From: Candidatus Omnitrophota bacterium
GTDB lineage: Bacteria; Omnitrophota; Gorgyraeia; JAGLLT01
Length of the DNA stretch: 64,000 bases
Reading direction: 5' to 3'
Assembly (NCBI GenBank): GCA_030632085.1
Contig: DAOVJY010000002.1
Span: 141,325-205,324, forward strand
Shown here piece after piece: positions 48,505 through 59,410 of the stretch; position 1 is the first letter of the stretch; each line of letters opens with the position of its first letter. The notes beneath the pieces are model-generated. The model did no database searches. It was not told where the DNA came from and saw only the letters and a list, made by a program, of their open reading frames with translations. The position numbers and the translations under genes are program-made.

Positions 48505-48838
48505 ATGGGGAATATAGAGCAGAAAAGTAAAAAATTTATTTATAAAACAAATGTAACATGGACAGAAGAAAAGAAAGGAATTTTATGTTCAGCCGGTAAG
48601 CCAACCGAAAACTGGCTATAAAATATCATCCAGATAAATGCAAAAGCAAAAGCAAGAAAAAATGCGAAGATAAATTCAAGGAATTAACCCATGCCAATGA
48701 TATCTTGATGAGTTATTGCACCGGCTACAGATATTCTTTTAAGAAAAATGACGTTAAAAGAAATTCTATAACTAAAGAGCTCTATGAGCATTTAAAGCGC
48801 TTTTATTCCGATGATTTATCGTATAAAGGTTAGTTATG
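48505..48838 (+). pseudogene. Remnant of a J-domain (DnaJ-like) gene. A 38-codon ORF is followed, in the +2 frame, by a J-domain helix II-III fragment with an intact HPD motif and no start codon.
   Basis: Frame +2 from 48604 reads …LAIKYHPDKCKSKSKKKCEDKFKELTHANDIL…. This aligns with the dnaJ in this window ([31 protein letters not shown]). There is no in-frame ATG or RBS, and the upstream ORF is in another frame. Confidence 0.4.
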
Positions 48839-49456
48839 TCTAGTATATTCGATGAAAACTATGAAAAATATGATAGTTGGTATGAAAAGAATGAATATAC
48901 TTATTATTCTGAGCTCAAACTCCTTCAAAAATTAATTCCAGAAAACAAAAAGGGCATTGAGATAGGTGTGGGTACCGGTAGATTTGCCGCGCCCCTGGGG
49001 ATTGAGTACGGTATTGACCCCTCAGAGAATATGCTTAAAATAGCAAAGGAAAGAGGAGTCAAAGTAAAAAGGGCCTCAGGCGAGAGGATACCCTTTGACG
49101 ACAATGTTTTTGAGTACGCGGCTATTATTATTACTTTAGCCTTTGTCAATAATCCCCAAGAGGTAATTAAAGAGGCTTGGAGAGTTTTAAATAATAAGGG
49201 CAAGATCATAATTGGCATAGTAGATAGCAGTAGCTTTTTAGCGGATTTTTATAGAAAAAAAGAGGGTGCCTTTTATAAAGAAGCCAAGTTTGTCAAAGTT
49301 AACCAACTAGCTCAATGGCTTAAGGCGGCAGGTTTTTATAATCTCATTTACTATCAGACGCTGTTTAATTTGCCGCGGGATATGACTGAGATAGAAAAAC
49401 CTCGAAACGGTTTTGGGCAGGGTGGTTTTGTTGTAGTTGTTGCGGATAAAAAATAG
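48836..49456 (+). CDS. Class I SAM-dependent methyltransferase
   Basis: Motif I GIEIGVGTGRFA, then …GIDPSENML…; 206 aa. Confidence 0.7.
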   Translation: MSSIFDENYEKYDSWYEKNEYTYYSELKLLQKLIPENKKGIEIGVGTGRFAAPLGIEYGIDPSENMLKIAKERGVKVKRASGERIPFDDNVFEYAAIIITLAFVNNPQEVIKEAWRVLNNKGKIIIGIVDSSSFLADFYRKKEGAFYKEAKFVKVNQLAQWLKAAGFYNLIYYQTLFNLPRDMTEIEKPRNGFGQGGFVVVVADKK

Positions 49457-49485
49457 GTATAAGCTGTATATTAAATCAAATTTTC

Positions 49486-49514
49486 TTGCATATTTCATCT
49501 AAAATAGCTACAAT
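49486..49514 (+). promoter_or_regulatory. Sigma70-type promoter TTGCAT-17-TACAAT. The -10 hexamer ends 6 nt before the miaB ATG, so a leaderless transcript is predicted.
   Basis: Read directly. No SD lies between the -10 hexamer and the ATG at 49521. Confidence 0.4.
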
Positions 49515-49520
49515 AAAACC

Positions 49521-50849
49521 ATGCCAAAAAAAGTTTACATTCGTACCTTCGGTTGTCAAATGAACGAGTATGACTCTGAAATACTTCGGGGTTTACTTAT
49601 AAAGAGTGGGTTTGTGCCTGTTGAGAGTGAGGAGTCTGCCAATATAGTTCTTTTTAACGGTTGCAGTGTTAGGGAGCATGCTGAGAGAAGAGTTATCGGT
49701 AGAGCGGGTATGCTGAGAAAAAGAAAAGAAAAAGATGAACGGCTTAAGATAATAGGTGTTATCGGCTGCATGGCTCAAGCCCATAAAGAGAAACTCTTTG
49801 GTGAAATGCCTTATCTCGACTTAATTTGCGGCCCTCAGCATATCTATAAGATACCGGAATATCTTAGTGAAATATTAGCAGGCCGCGGGCCCATAGTAGC
49901 TGTAGATGAAGATAAGCGGCCGGCGGACAGGGAAAATCATCTCTTAAGGGATGAAAATATCAAAATTAAAGCCTATATAACTATTATGGAGGGCTGTAAT
50001 AACTTTTGTTCTTATTGCGTGGTGCCTTATGTCAGAGGCAGAGAAACGAGTAGGCCGCCTGAGATGATATTAAAGGAAGCCGATGATTTAGTAAAAAGGG
50101 GTATAAGGGAAATTACTCTCTTAGGCCAAAATGTTAATTCATATGCCAAAGATTTTAATAATGGCTATACGTTTTCAAACTTACTAAAAGAAGTAGACGC
50201 TATAAGTGATTTAAAGCGGCTCAAATTTGTAACCAGTCATCCTAAAGACGCGGATGAGCAAATGTTTAAAGCTATGTTTAAATTACCAACAGTTTGTGAA
50301 TTCCTGCACTTGCCCATACAGTCAGGTTCTGATGAAATTTTAAAAAGTATGAATAGAAAATATACCAGAGATGATTATTTAAGAAAGATTGATATAGCCA
50401 GAAGATATATGCCGGAGGGCGCTATCAGTACTGATATCATTGTCGGTTATCCTAATGAAAGCGATGATGATTTTAAGGAGACGTTAAATGTTTTAAAGCA
50501 GGTTAAATATGATACAGCTTATGTCTTTAAGTATTCTCCCAGGCCGCATACAGCAGCTTCAAAAATGGAGGATAATGTACCTCAGAAGGTCAAAGAAGAG
50601 AGAAATCAAATTTTGCTTAATCTGCAAAGGGACATTTCAAGAAAGAATAACGAGAAGTACCTTAATAAAAAACTGGGTGTTTTGGTTGAAGGCTTCAGTG
50701 ATAAATGCGATAAACTATTGGTAGGCAAAACCAGAACGGGTAAAACAGTAGTTTTTGAAGGGCCGCAAGTATTAATCGGCAAAATAGTTGAGGTGAGAGT
50801 TCACGGGACAAATGCCTCAACCTTGTTGGGTAACTGGAAGAAGATATGA
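49521..50849 (+). CDS. miaB: tRNA-2-methylthio-N6-dimethylallyladenosine synthase (radical SAM methylthiotransferase)
   Basis: MTTase N-terminus KVYIRTFGCQMNEYDSE. Radical SAM CNNFCSYCVVP. C-terminal TRAM domain. Confidence 0.9.
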   Translation: MPKKVYIRTFGCQMNEYDSEILRGLLIKSGFVPVESEESANIVLFNGCSVREHAERRVIGRAGMLRKRKEKDERLKIIGVIGCMAQAHKEKLFGEMPYLDLICGPQHIYKIPEYLSEILAGRGPIVAVDEDKRPADRENHLLRDENIKIKAYITIMEGCNNFCSYCVVPYVRGRETSRPPEMILKEADDLVKRGIREITLLGQNVNSYAKDFNNGYTFSNLLKEVDAISDLKRLKFVTSHPKDADEQMFKAMFKLPTVCEFLHLPIQSGSDEILKSMNRKYTRDDYLRKIDIARRYMPEGAISTDIIVGYPNESDDDFKETLNVLKQVKYDTAYVFKYSPRPHTAASKMEDNVPQKVKEERNQILLNLQRDISRKNNEKYLNKKLGVLVEGFSDKCDKLLVGKTRTGKTVVFEGPQVLIGKIVEVRVHGTNASTLLGNWKKI

Positions 50850-51613
50850 TAAGCAGAGGATTAAGATATATAATCTTTAGTTGTTTAACGGTTTTATTTA
50901 TTTCTAACTCTTTATGGGCGGCATCTGTGGCCGATATTGAGAAGGATATGCTCAATAAGAATTATGCCAGGGCGACAACGACCGCCAGAACGGTTTTAGG
51001 CAGGCCGCTGTCATTAAATGAAAAAAGAAGAGCAAATTATTTGGTAGGCATTTGCTATTTGAAATTAGGCAACGGCATAAGAGCAAGGGAGTATTTCAAA
51101 AAAGGTATCCGCGGCAAAGCGGATACGATTACTTTGGATTGCCTGATAGGTACAGCTGATTCGTATCATATTGAAACCCAGTATCTTGAAGCTATTGAGA
51201 GATATAAGTATATCTTAGGCAAGTACAGAAAAATACCCAATGAGGCTAATATTACTTATAAGATGGCTCAAAGTTATTACCGCGTAGGTGACTGGTCAAA
51301 AGCAAAGAAGTATTTTAAAAAAACTAAAAATAATTATTCCGATTCTTTTGAATCGGAAATTGCCAGAAATGTATTAGATAAAAATTGTTTTTATTATACC
51401 GTTCAGGTCGGTTCTTTTGGGAATAAGCTCAACGCTGATAAATTATTTACAAAGCTAAAAAGAAAGAGATACCCTGTATTCATAGATGAGACAAAAGATA
51501 ACTTTGATACTTTTTATAGGGTAAGAGTTGGTAAATTTACTAAATTACAAGAAGCCAAGCGCTATGAACAAAAATTAAAAGAAAACGGATTGCCCACTAA
51601 GATTTATCCATGA
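50846..51613 (+). CDS. TPR-repeat protein with C-terminal SPOR (peptidoglycan-binding) domain
   Basis: Signal peptide, TPR-like helices, and the SPOR domain YYTVQVGSFGNKLNADKLFTKLKRKRYPVFIDE…FYRVRVGKF. ATGA overlap with miaB. Confidence 0.7.
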   Translation: MISRGLRYIIFSCLTVLFISNSLWAASVADIEKDMLNKNYARATTTARTVLGRPLSLNEKRRANYLVGICYLKLGNGIRAREYFKKGIRGKADTITLDCLIGTADSYHIETQYLEAIERYKYILGKYRKIPNEANITYKMAQSYYRVGDWSKAKKYFKKTKNNYSDSFESEIARNVLDKNCFYYTVQVGSFGNKLNADKLFTKLKRKRYPVFIDETKDNFDTFYRVRVGKFTKLQEAKRYEQKLKENGLPTKIYP

Positions 51614-51737
51614 ATACAGGATTATAAAAGCAAGAAACAAGTCACAGGACACAAGTCATAAGACATAAGTGACAAGACACAAGTATAAAGTCACACGGCA
51701 CAAGTTGCAAGCAAGAGACAAATTAAGTGAAAAGAAA

Positions 51738-52670
51738 GTGATAAAGAAAAAGGTTATATTTATAGTAGGCCCTACCGCCGGCGGAAAATCAACTACAGCC
51801 GTAATACTTGCCAAAAAAATCAATGCCGAGATTATTTCTTGCGATTCCATGCAGGTTTATAAACATATGGATATTGCTACAGCTAAAATAACCAAGGAAG
51901 AGATGCAAGGCGTTAAGCACCATCTTATTGATATAATTGATCCCAGCCAAGAATATAATGTAGCTTTATTTAGAGAAAAAGTAACGAGATTTATTAAAGA
52001 GATACATAAAAAAAAATTAATTCCGCTTTTAGTGGGCGGCAGCGGTTTATACATGCAAATACTTTTAGACGGAATATTTGATGATAATAAAAGTTCATTT
52101 AAAATTAGAAAAAAATTAGATGCTAAAGCTGATGAAAAAGGTTTAGGGGTATTATATAACCGCCTTGTTGAGTTGGACCCTGAGGCGGCTAAAGCAATAC
52201 ACTCTAATGATAGGCGGCGCATCATAAGAGCCCTGGAAGTTTTCTATTCTTTAAATGAGCCGATAACTGAAGCTAAGAAAAAAAGACATGGAATATGGAA
52301 CGAATATAATGTCCTTTTATATGGCCTCTCCATTGAAAGAAAGTTGCTCTATCAAAGAATAAATGAGCGTGTTGATAGAATGTTTCAAGATGGACTTATA
52401 AGGGAAGCTGAAAGCCTTTGTGAAAATTATTCGTTAAGTAAAAGTGCCTCGGGAGCTTTGGGATACAAGGAGTTATTTAATTATTTTAAAGGAGAATATG
52501 ATTTAATCGAAGCTAAAAGGCTTATAAAAAGGAACACCAGGCGCTATGCTAAAAAGCAGATGACCTGGTTTAATAAAGAGAATAGAATTGAGTGGATAGA
52601 CGTTTTAGGCAGCGATACACCGCTTGAAATAGCCGGTAAAATATATAAAAATGCTGAAAATAAACTCTAA
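51738..52670 (+). CDS. miaA: tRNA dimethylallyltransferase
   Basis: VIFIVGPTAGGKST…ISCDSMQVYKHMDIATAK. GTG 51738 is preferred; the upstream part of the ORF (from 51669) is encoded by the CACAAGT repeat. Confidence 0.85.
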   Translation: MIKKKVIFIVGPTAGGKSTTAVILAKKINAEIISCDSMQVYKHMDIATAKITKEEMQGVKHHLIDIIDPSQEYNVALFREKVTRFIKEIHKKKLIPLLVGGSGLYMQILLDGIFDDNKSSFKIRKKLDAKADEKGLGVLYNRLVELDPEAAKAIHSNDRRRIIRALEVFYSLNEPITEAKKKRHGIWNEYNVLLYGLSIERKLLYQRINERVDRMFQDGLIREAESLCENYSLSKSASGALGYKELFNYFKGEYDLIEAKRLIKRNTRRYAKKQMTWFNKENRIEWIDVLGSDTPLEIAGKIYKNAENKL

Positions 52671-53901
52671 AGAAAAAGCTATATTGGTGGTCTTGGATAC
52701 CAGGCTTCGCAATGATTGGGATGCCGAAAGCTTGATGAAGGAGTTGAAGGTTTTAACTCTTTCTTGCGGCGCTGAAGTTACGGGAGAGATTATCGCAAAA
52801 AGATCCGCTCCGGATGCCGCGTATTTTATCGGTAAGGGGAAAGTTGAAGAGGTGGCGGCGATGGCTGAAGAATTGGAAGCTGACGTGGTTATTTTTAATG
52901 AAAGCCTTTCTCATGCTCAGGTGGCCGCCTTAGAGAAAAAGATTCCATCCAGAATAATCGATAGAACTCAACTTATTTTAGATATATTTGCCATGCGGGC
53001 CAAAAGTACTGAAGGTAAAATTCAGGTGGAATTGGCTCAATTGCAGTATCTTTTGCCGCGGCTAACCGGCAAGGGCCAGGTTTTATCCAGGTTAGGTGGA
53101 GGTATCGGAACTAGAGGCCCGGGTGAACAAAAACTGGAAGTTGACCGGCGGCGTATTCAAAAAAAGATTTCATCACTTAAAAAAGAGCTAAAAAAAGTAG
53201 ATAAACGCAGAGCCGGCAGAAGAGAAAGAAGGAAGCGTAAAGATATACCAATAGTGGCCTTAGTTGGTTATACGAACTCGGGTAAATCAACTTTATTGAA
53301 CAGCATGACCGATTCTTCTCAAGTGACGGAAAACCGCCTTTTCAGTACACTTGATCCCAAGGTTAATTTTCTACAACTACCCAACAATCAAAAAGTTCTC
53401 CTTTCCGATACGGTTGGTTTTTTGCACGCTTTACCTCATCAGTTAATAGAATCGTTTAAGGCTACTCTGGAAGAGGTTGTTGAGGCTGATATTCTTATTC
53501 ACGTTTTAGATATAAGTAATCCTAAATCGGATGAATTAAAAGAATCAGTTTATGATGTTTTGGGTGAATTAAAGGCCTTGGAAAAACCCATAATCACAGC
53601 TTTAAATAAGATTGATAAGTTAGAAGATGATAGGAATTTAGATGGTTATCTTAAAAGGTATGAAAATTCAGTGGCTATTAGCGCTCTTCAAAGAACAAAC
53701 CTTCAAGAACTGGTGAATTTAATACAACATAATCTTTCCTCATCCCGCGAGTTAATTAAGAAATTAATTCCTTACAGCCAAATGAAACTTATTTCCAGCA
53801 TTCGCAGGCAAGGTGAAGTTTTCAAAGAAAAATATGGCTTAAGAGGTGTTTATATTGAAGCCGAAGTTCCTGCCATATTAGCTTCAAAGTTGAAAAAGTA
53901 A
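52651..53901 (+). CDS. hflX: GTPase HflX
   Basis: HflX N-terminal domain, then G1 GYTNSGKSTL, DTVGF, and NKID. Overlaps miaA by 20 nt. Confidence 0.9.
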   Translation: MLKINSKEKAILVVLDTRLRNDWDAESLMKELKVLTLSCGAEVTGEIIAKRSAPDAAYFIGKGKVEEVAAMAEELEADVVIFNESLSHAQVAALEKKIPSRIIDRTQLILDIFAMRAKSTEGKIQVELAQLQYLLPRLTGKGQVLSRLGGGIGTRGPGEQKLEVDRRRIQKKISSLKKELKKVDKRRAGRRERRKRKDIPIVALVGYTNSGKSTLLNSMTDSSQVTENRLFSTLDPKVNFLQLPNNQKVLLSDTVGFLHALPHQLIESFKATLEEVVEADILIHVLDISNPKSDELKESVYDVLGELKALEKPIITALNKIDKLEDDRNLDGYLKRYENSVAISALQRTNLQELVNLIQHNLSSSRELIKKLIPYSQMKLISSIRRQGEVFKEKYGLRGVYIEAEVPAILASKLKK

Positions 53902-54091
53902 CCGCGATTTAAAAAACCGCCGGATGTGATATATACAGCTACAGATAATATAATCCTATTAGCTATAAAAGTTTTAAAAAAATAAAAGGAAAATACCTGA
54001 AGATATATCTTTGGTTGGTTTTGATGATATACCCTCATTATCTTAATATATAAATATCTTGATTACTGCCTATAAATTTTATAAAAAACAC

Positions 54092-54148
54092 TTGACAAAA
54101 AAAGGCAGTATGATATTATTATTAGCACTCTTACCTAAAGAGTGCTAA
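54092..54148 (+). promoter_or_regulatory. Heat-shock promoter/operator: TTGACA (54092-54097), 16 nt spacer, TATTAT (54114-54119), then a perfect CIRCE element TTAGCACTC-N9-GAGTGCTAA (54122-54148)
   Basis: CIRCE consensus read exactly. Located 27 nt upstream of the hrcA ATG. Confidence 0.9.
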
Positions 54149-54174
54149 TTTTTTATATATATGAGGTATAAAAA

Positions 54175-55248
54175 ATGAACGTAAGTGCTTCAAATAAAAG
54201 AAAAAGCAATATTTTGGAATCTTTAACCAGTCTTTATATAGATACGGCTCGACCGGTTAGTTCAAGCCTTATTAAGGATGAGTTTAATTTCTCGGTAAGT
54301 TCCGCGACTATAAGAAATATCTTGGTTGAATTGGAGGAATTCGGCTATATAGAACAGCCGCATACTTCCAGCGGCCGTGTTCCGACAGATAAAGGTTATA
54401 GGTTTTATATAGATAGCCTTATGAAAAGGCGGAGCCTCAGAGATGAGGAAAAGAAAGAGTTGAAACTTGCTTGTTTAAGTTCCGCGCGTAAGACACGGGA
54501 TATCATTGATAAAACATCTGAAATACTCGCTCAAATCAGTAATGAAGCCGCTTTTAACTTTTTCTTTAATTTGAATGACAGTATTTTAAAGCATATCGAA
54601 CTAATTAATCTAAGTTTGACGAGAATATTGGTTGTTTTAATTACAGATTCAGGTATTGTGCGTAATTACATCGTGAATTTGGATGATCCTATATCAACCG
54701 CGGAACTTCAAAGAATATCAAACTTTTTAAGCGAAAATCTTAAAGATACATCCTTGGTAGATATTAAAGTGAATCTTTATAATTTGCTTAATGAACATAA
54801 TCTTGTTTACCTGCAATTAGCCCACGAAGCTTGCAGGATATTTGATGCCTTAGAAACTGATGAACTTTTTGAAAGGGACTATGATATTCATCAGGATGGT
54901 ATTAATAATATTATGAGGCAACCTGAATTTTGCAATTTAGAATATCTGAGAGGCGTCCTTGATGTTTTAGAAAGTAAAGAGCGCCTGGCGGAAGTTTTGA
55001 GGGCTTCGTTTGAACCGGATTTCAATAAAGTTAAAGTGACAATAGGTAAAGAAAATAGCTATAAAGATCTTCAGAGCTGTAGTCTGGTTACAGCGGGTTA
55101 CAAGATCAAAGATAAAACGGTTGGTATGTTTGGTTTGTTGGGCCCGACGAGGATGGCCTATTCCAGATTATTACCTTTAGTGGAATATATGGCTGAGATG
55201 ATGACTGAAGCGCTGACTGATTTCACAAAGAACGAAAGTGAAAGATGA
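54175..55248 (+). CDS. hrcA: Heat-inducible transcription repressor HrcA
   Basis: Winged-helix N-terminus …RPVSSSLIKDEFNFSVSSATIRNILVELEEFGYIEQPHTSSGRVPTDKGYRFYID. Confidence 0.9.
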   Translation: MNVSASNKRKSNILESLTSLYIDTARPVSSSLIKDEFNFSVSSATIRNILVELEEFGYIEQPHTSSGRVPTDKGYRFYIDSLMKRRSLRDEEKKELKLACLSSARKTRDIIDKTSEILAQISNEAAFNFFFNLNDSILKHIELINLSLTRILVVLITDSGIVRNYIVNLDDPISTAELQRISNFLSENLKDTSLVDIKVNLYNLLNEHNLVYLQLAHEACRIFDALETDELFERDYDIHQDGINNIMRQPEFCNLEYLRGVLDVLESKERLAEVLRASFEPDFNKVKVTIGKENSYKDLQSCSLVTAGYKIKDKTVGMFGLLGPTRMAYSRLLPLVEYMAEMMTEALTDFTKNESER

Positions 55249-55799
55249 AAAAAAGAAAACAAGAAAAAGCTCATTTAGAAGAAGAAGCTGCTAAAGTTCA
55301 TTTAAATGAAGACGGTAACCTTAAGAAGAATGAAATTGAAGAACTAAGAAGTAGGGCTGAAACAGCTGAGGCCAAGCTTAACGAAGTTCTGCGCGCAAGA
55401 GCTGATTTTGAAAATGCCCGAAAAAGATTGGAAAAAGAGAAAGAAGACTTCCTTAAATTCGCTAATGAGGCTTTAATAACCAAGCTTCTTCCGATAATAG
55501 ATAACTTCCGCCTGGCAATTAACTCCATGGACGATAATCACAAGGTTGAGGATATCGCGGCCGGAATTAAGCTAATCGAGAAACAATTTGAAGACGCGCT
55601 TAAGGAATTTGGCCTGGAGCCGATAGAAGCAGTGGGAAAAAAGTTTGACCCCCACCTGCAAGAAGCTGTAACTCATGAGGAAACAGATAAATTTGAAGAT
55701 GACGTTGTTACAGCGGAACTTCAGAGGGGTTATTTATTAGCCGGGCGTTTACTAAGGCCGGCGATAGTGAAAGTAGCAAAGAAAACGCAAAAAAAATAG
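55245..55799 (+). CDS. grpE: Nucleotide exchange factor GrpE
   Basis: Coiled-coil N-terminus, then the GrpE core …RADFENARKRLEKEKED…GYLLAGRLLRPAIVKV. ATGA overlap with hrcA. Confidence 0.9.
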   Translation: MKKRKQEKAHLEEEAAKVHLNEDGNLKKNEIEELRSRAETAEAKLNEVLRARADFENARKRLEKEKEDFLKFANEALITKLLPIIDNFRLAINSMDDNHKVEDIAAGIKLIEKQFEDALKEFGLEPIEAVGKKFDPHLQEAVTHEETDKFEDDVVTAELQRGYLLAGRLLRPAIVKVAKKTQKK

Positions 55800-56027
55800 C
55801 TGATGGCTCATAGCTGATAGTTCATAGTAAAAACGCAAAGCAAAAAGCAAAAGCAAAAGGCAAAAACAAAAAACAAAAGAACAAAAAGATAAAAGTAAAA
55901 AAACAAAAGCAAAAGAACAGAAAATGAAGGATTAGATCCTTCACCAGCTAAAACGCTTCCGCAAGTCGCGTTTTTACGCCGGTTCAGGATCAAATTTTCT
56001 TCGAAAATTTGAGGAGGTTTTATTGTT

Positions 56028-57989
56028 ATGGCGAAAGCAATTGGAATTGATTTAGGTACTACAAATTCATGCGTAGCTGTTATGGAAGGCGGCGAAGCTA
56101 AAGTTATAGCTAATGCTGAAGGCATGAGAACAACTCCCAGCATTGTCGCTTTTACTAAAGATGGACAAAGATTAGTTGGCCAGCCGGCTAAGAGGCAGGC
56201 TGTAACTAATCCGGAGAATACAATTTTTTCCATTAAGCGTTTTATGGGAAGATCCCATAGTGAAGTAAAAGAAGAAGAAAAAATGGTACCTTATTCCGTT
56301 GAAGGCGGTGCCAATGAAAGTATAGTTATTAAGTCGGGTGATAAGTCTTATACTCCTCCCGAGATTTCGGCTATGATTTTACAAAAGTTAAAAGAAACAG
56401 CTGAAAGCTATTTTGGTGAAAAGGTGACGGACGCGGTTGTTACCATTCCGGCTTATTTTAACAGTTCACAGCGTCAGGCAACTGAAGACGCCGGCAAAGT
56501 TGCCGGGCTCAATGTTTTACGAATCATTAATGAGCCGACCGCGGCCAGTTTGGCTTATGGTTTGCAAAAGAAAAAGAATGAGAAAATTGCCATTTATGAT
56601 TTAGGCGGTGGTACATTTGATATCTCAATTCTTGAAGTTAACGAAGGCGATAAAGACCAGTGGGTAATTGAGGTTAAAGCCACAAACGGTGATACTCACC
56701 TAGGCGGAGATAATTTTGATCAGAGAATTGTCAATTGGTTGGCTGATGAATTTAAAAATGAGACGGGCATTGACTTAAGAAACGATAAAATGGCTTTGCA
56801 GAGATTAAAAGAAGCGGCTGAGAAAGCTAAATGTGAATTATCATCTAATGTAAAAACAGAAATTAATTTGCCCTTTGTAACGGCTGACGCTTCGGGTCCG
56901 AAACACCTGGTGAAAGAACTTACCAGAGCTAAACTTGAGCAATTAGTTGATGACCTGGTCCAAAGAACCTCCGGACCGTGCAAAACAGCTTTGGCTGATG
57001 CCGGTTTAAGCGCTAATGATATTGATGAAGTTGTTTTAGTTGGCGGCCAGACCAGAATGCCTAAGGTTCAGGAGTTGGTAAAAGAATTATTTGGCAAAGA
57101 ACCTCATAAAGGTGTTAATCCGGATGAAGTTGTAGCTATCGGCGCGGCTATTCAGGCCGGTATACTTACGGGGGATAGCAAGGGCGATGTTTTACTTTTG
57201 GACGTCACGCCCCTTTCTCTGGGCATTGAGACATTAGGAGAGGTATTTACTAAACTAATTGAGAAAAATACCACTATTCCAACTAAAAAGAGTCAGATTT
57301 TCTCAACAGCTCAGGACAATCAACCCTCGGTTACCATCAGGGTTTTACAGGGCGAGAGAGGTATGGCTAATGATAATATAGAGTTAGGCAGGTTTGATTT
57401 AGTTGGAATTCCTCCGGCTCCCAGAGGCTTGCCTCAAATAGAAGTTACCTTTGATATTAATAGTAACGGGATAGTTCACGTGCATGCTAAAGATAAAGGA
57501 ACCGGCAAAGAGCAGTCGGTAAAAATTACAGCTCCCAAGAAGCTTTCCGAGGAAGAAATAGAGAGAATGGTAAAAGAAGCTCAGAGCCATGCTGAAGAGG
57601 ATAAAAAGAAAAAAGATACCGTTGAAGTTAAGAATCAGGCTGATAATTTAGTCTACGCGACGGAGAAATCCTTAAAAGACTATGGTGATAAAGTAGATGC
57701 TAAAGAGAAAGAAAGCATCCGGAAGAAACTGGATGAATTTAAGAAAACTCTTGAAACTGAAACTGATACGGAAAAAATTAAGACTGCCATGGAAGATTTA
57801 ACCAAGGCTTCTCATAAATTAGCTGAGGCGATTTATAAAGATGCTCAGGCTAAACAGCAATCCCAGAACCAGTCGGCTGGTGCCTCCGGTTCGGGACAAG
57901 CAGGCGCCGAAAGCGGACAACAGGAAACCAAAAAAGAAGACGACGTTGTTGACGCTGATTATAAAGTTGAAGATGAAAAACAGGATTAA
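56028..57989 (+). CDS. dnaK: Molecular chaperone DnaK (Hsp70)
   Basis: [14 protein letters not shown]…[12 protein letters not shown]…[10 protein letters not shown]; 653 aa. Confidence 0.97.
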   Translation: MAKAIGIDLGTTNSCVAVMEGGEAKVIANAEGMRTTPSIVAFTKDGQRLVGQPAKRQAVTNPENTIFSIKRFMGRSHSEVKEEEKMVPYSVEGGANESIVIKSGDKSYTPPEISAMILQKLKETAESYFGEKVTDAVVTIPAYFNSSQRQATEDAGKVAGLNVLRIINEPTAASLAYGLQKKKNEKIAIYDLGGGTFDISILEVNEGDKDQWVIEVKATNGDTHLGGDNFDQRIVNWLADEFKNETGIDLRNDKMALQRLKEAAEKAKCELSSNVKTEINLPFVTADASGPKHLVKELTRAKLEQLVDDLVQRTSGPCKTALADAGLSANDIDEVVLVGGQTRMPKVQELVKELFGKEPHKGVNPDEVVAIGAAIQAGILTGDSKGDVLLLDVTPLSLGIETLGEVFTKLIEKNTTIPTKKSQIFSTAQDNQPSVTIRVLQGERGMANDNIELGRFDLVGIPPAPRGLPQIEVTFDINSNGIVHVHAKDKGTGKEQSVKITAPKKLSEEEIERMVKEAQSHAEEDKKKKDTVEVKNQADNLVYATEKSLKDYGDKVDAKEKESIRKKLDEFKKTLETETDTEKIKTAMEDLTKASHKLAEAIYKDAQAKQQSQNQSAGASGSGQAGAESGQQETKKEDDVVDADYKVEDEKQD

Positions 57990-58245
57990 GCCCGCCAGAG
58001 GCGGACAGGGATTAAGACGCTCACCGTCGAAAAATTGTTGGTGAGCTCTAAGGATTAAGTTAAAGGATTAAAAAAATAGTATTAAGCAAAAAACAAAATA
58101 ACAAAAAACTAAAAGCGGAGAGCGGATAGGAAAGCAAGATTAAGGATTGAGGATTAAGTGAAAAAAACTTAATTCTTAGAGCTAACAACGTTAGCGTCTT
58201 AATCCTTAGAGCTCACACTGTGAGCGTCTTAATTTTTATACGCTA
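57984..58245. repeat. Intergenic repeat element of the ATTAAGG/CTTAAT family. It has ATTAAGG direct repeats, then two hairpin modules CTTAGAG-[GCTAAC aac GTTAGC]-GTCTTAATCC and CTTAGAG-[GCTCAC act GTGAGC]-GTCTTAATTT, whose stems co-vary.
   Basis: Read directly. The dnaK stop codon lies inside the first GGATTAAG unit. Same family as 27437-27600. Confidence 0.7.
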
Positions 58246-58251
58246 TTGAAT

Positions 58252-59409
58252 ATGGCTAAAAAAGACTATTACGATGTTTTGGGGATTTCGAAAAGCTCTT
58301 CTCAGGATGAGATAAAAAAAGCTTATAGAAAATTGGCTTTAAAGCATCACCCTGACAGGAATAAAGAAAACAAAAGTGAGGCGGAAGATAAGTTTAAAGA
58401 ACTTTCTGAAGCTTATGAAGTTTTGAGTGATTCTCAGAAGAGAGCCCGTTATGACCAGTTTGGCCATGAAGGCGTCAGGTCTGACTTTGGCGGCGGCGGT
58501 TTTGGCTGGAAGGACTTTACGCATTCAGAAGATTTAAAAGACATATTCGGTAGTTTCGGCGGATTAGGAGATATCTTTGAGAGTTTTGGCATAAACACAG
58601 GATTTTCCCAAAGGCGCCAAAGCTATGGGCCCCAAAAAGGAAGTAGTCTTGAGTATAAACTTAGCATAACCCTAGAAGAAGCGGCTACGGGTTGCGAAAA
58701 AGAAAGTAAGATATCTCACGAAGAAACCTGCAAGAAGTGCCAAGGCTCAGGAGCTAAGCCCGGCTCTAAAAAGGAAAAGTGTTCAGCTTGCCGTGGCACA
58801 GGTAGGATAAGTTTTTCACAGGGATTTTTTAATATGGCTCGGGTTTGTGAAAGATGCCACGGAGAAGGTGAGATAATAAAAGAGCCCTGCGAGGCTTGTC
58901 GCGGGAAAGGTATTAAAGCGGTTACTAAAAAGATTAAAGTGCAAGTTCCTAAAGGAGTCGAGACCGGAGTCAGGTTAAGAATATCTGATGAAGGAAATGT
59001 CGGTTTAAAAGGCGGGCCATCCGGAGATCTGTATGTGCTTATCTATGTTGAGTCTCATGAGATATTTAAGAGACATGGTAATGATATCGTAGTAGAAGTT
59101 CCCATAACATTTACTCAGGCGGCTTTAGGGGCGCAAATAAGTGTGCCTACCCTTGAAGGTAAGGTTAAAATGAAAATACCTGAAGGCTGTCAGTATGGAA
59201 AGGTATTTCGCTTGAGGGGTAAGGGGCTGCCTAGTTTAAGAGGATACGGGAGAGGCGATGAGTTGGTAAGGATAATTATAGAGGTTCCTGATAGGCTTTC
59301 AAAGAAGCAGAAAGTTTTATTGGAGGAGTTTGCCGGCGAAAGCGGACAAGATACGGGGCCTTTAAGAAAATCTTTTTTAGAAAGAGTTAAAAGGGCGCTG
59401 GGAGGATAA
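58252..59409 (+). CDS. dnaJ: Molecular chaperone DnaJ
   Basis: J domain [37 protein letters not shown] region. Four CxxCxGxG zinc-finger repeats. The ORF is open from 58246. Confidence 0.95.
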   Translation: MAKKDYYDVLGISKSSSQDEIKKAYRKLALKHHPDRNKENKSEAEDKFKELSEAYEVLSDSQKRARYDQFGHEGVRSDFGGGGFGWKDFTHSEDLKDIFGSFGGLGDIFESFGINTGFSQRRQSYGPQKGSSLEYKLSITLEEAATGCEKESKISHEETCKKCQGSGAKPGSKKEKCSACRGTGRISFSQGFFNMARVCERCHGEGEIIKEPCEACRGKGIKAVTKKIKVQVPKGVETGVRLRISDEGNVGLKGGPSGDLYVLIYVESHEIFKRHGNDIVVEVPITFTQAALGAQISVPTLEGKVKMKIPEGCQYGKVFRLRGKGLPSLRGYGRGDELVRIIIEVPDRLSKKQKVLLEEFAGESGQDTGPLRKSFLERVKRALGG

Positions 59410-59410
59410 A

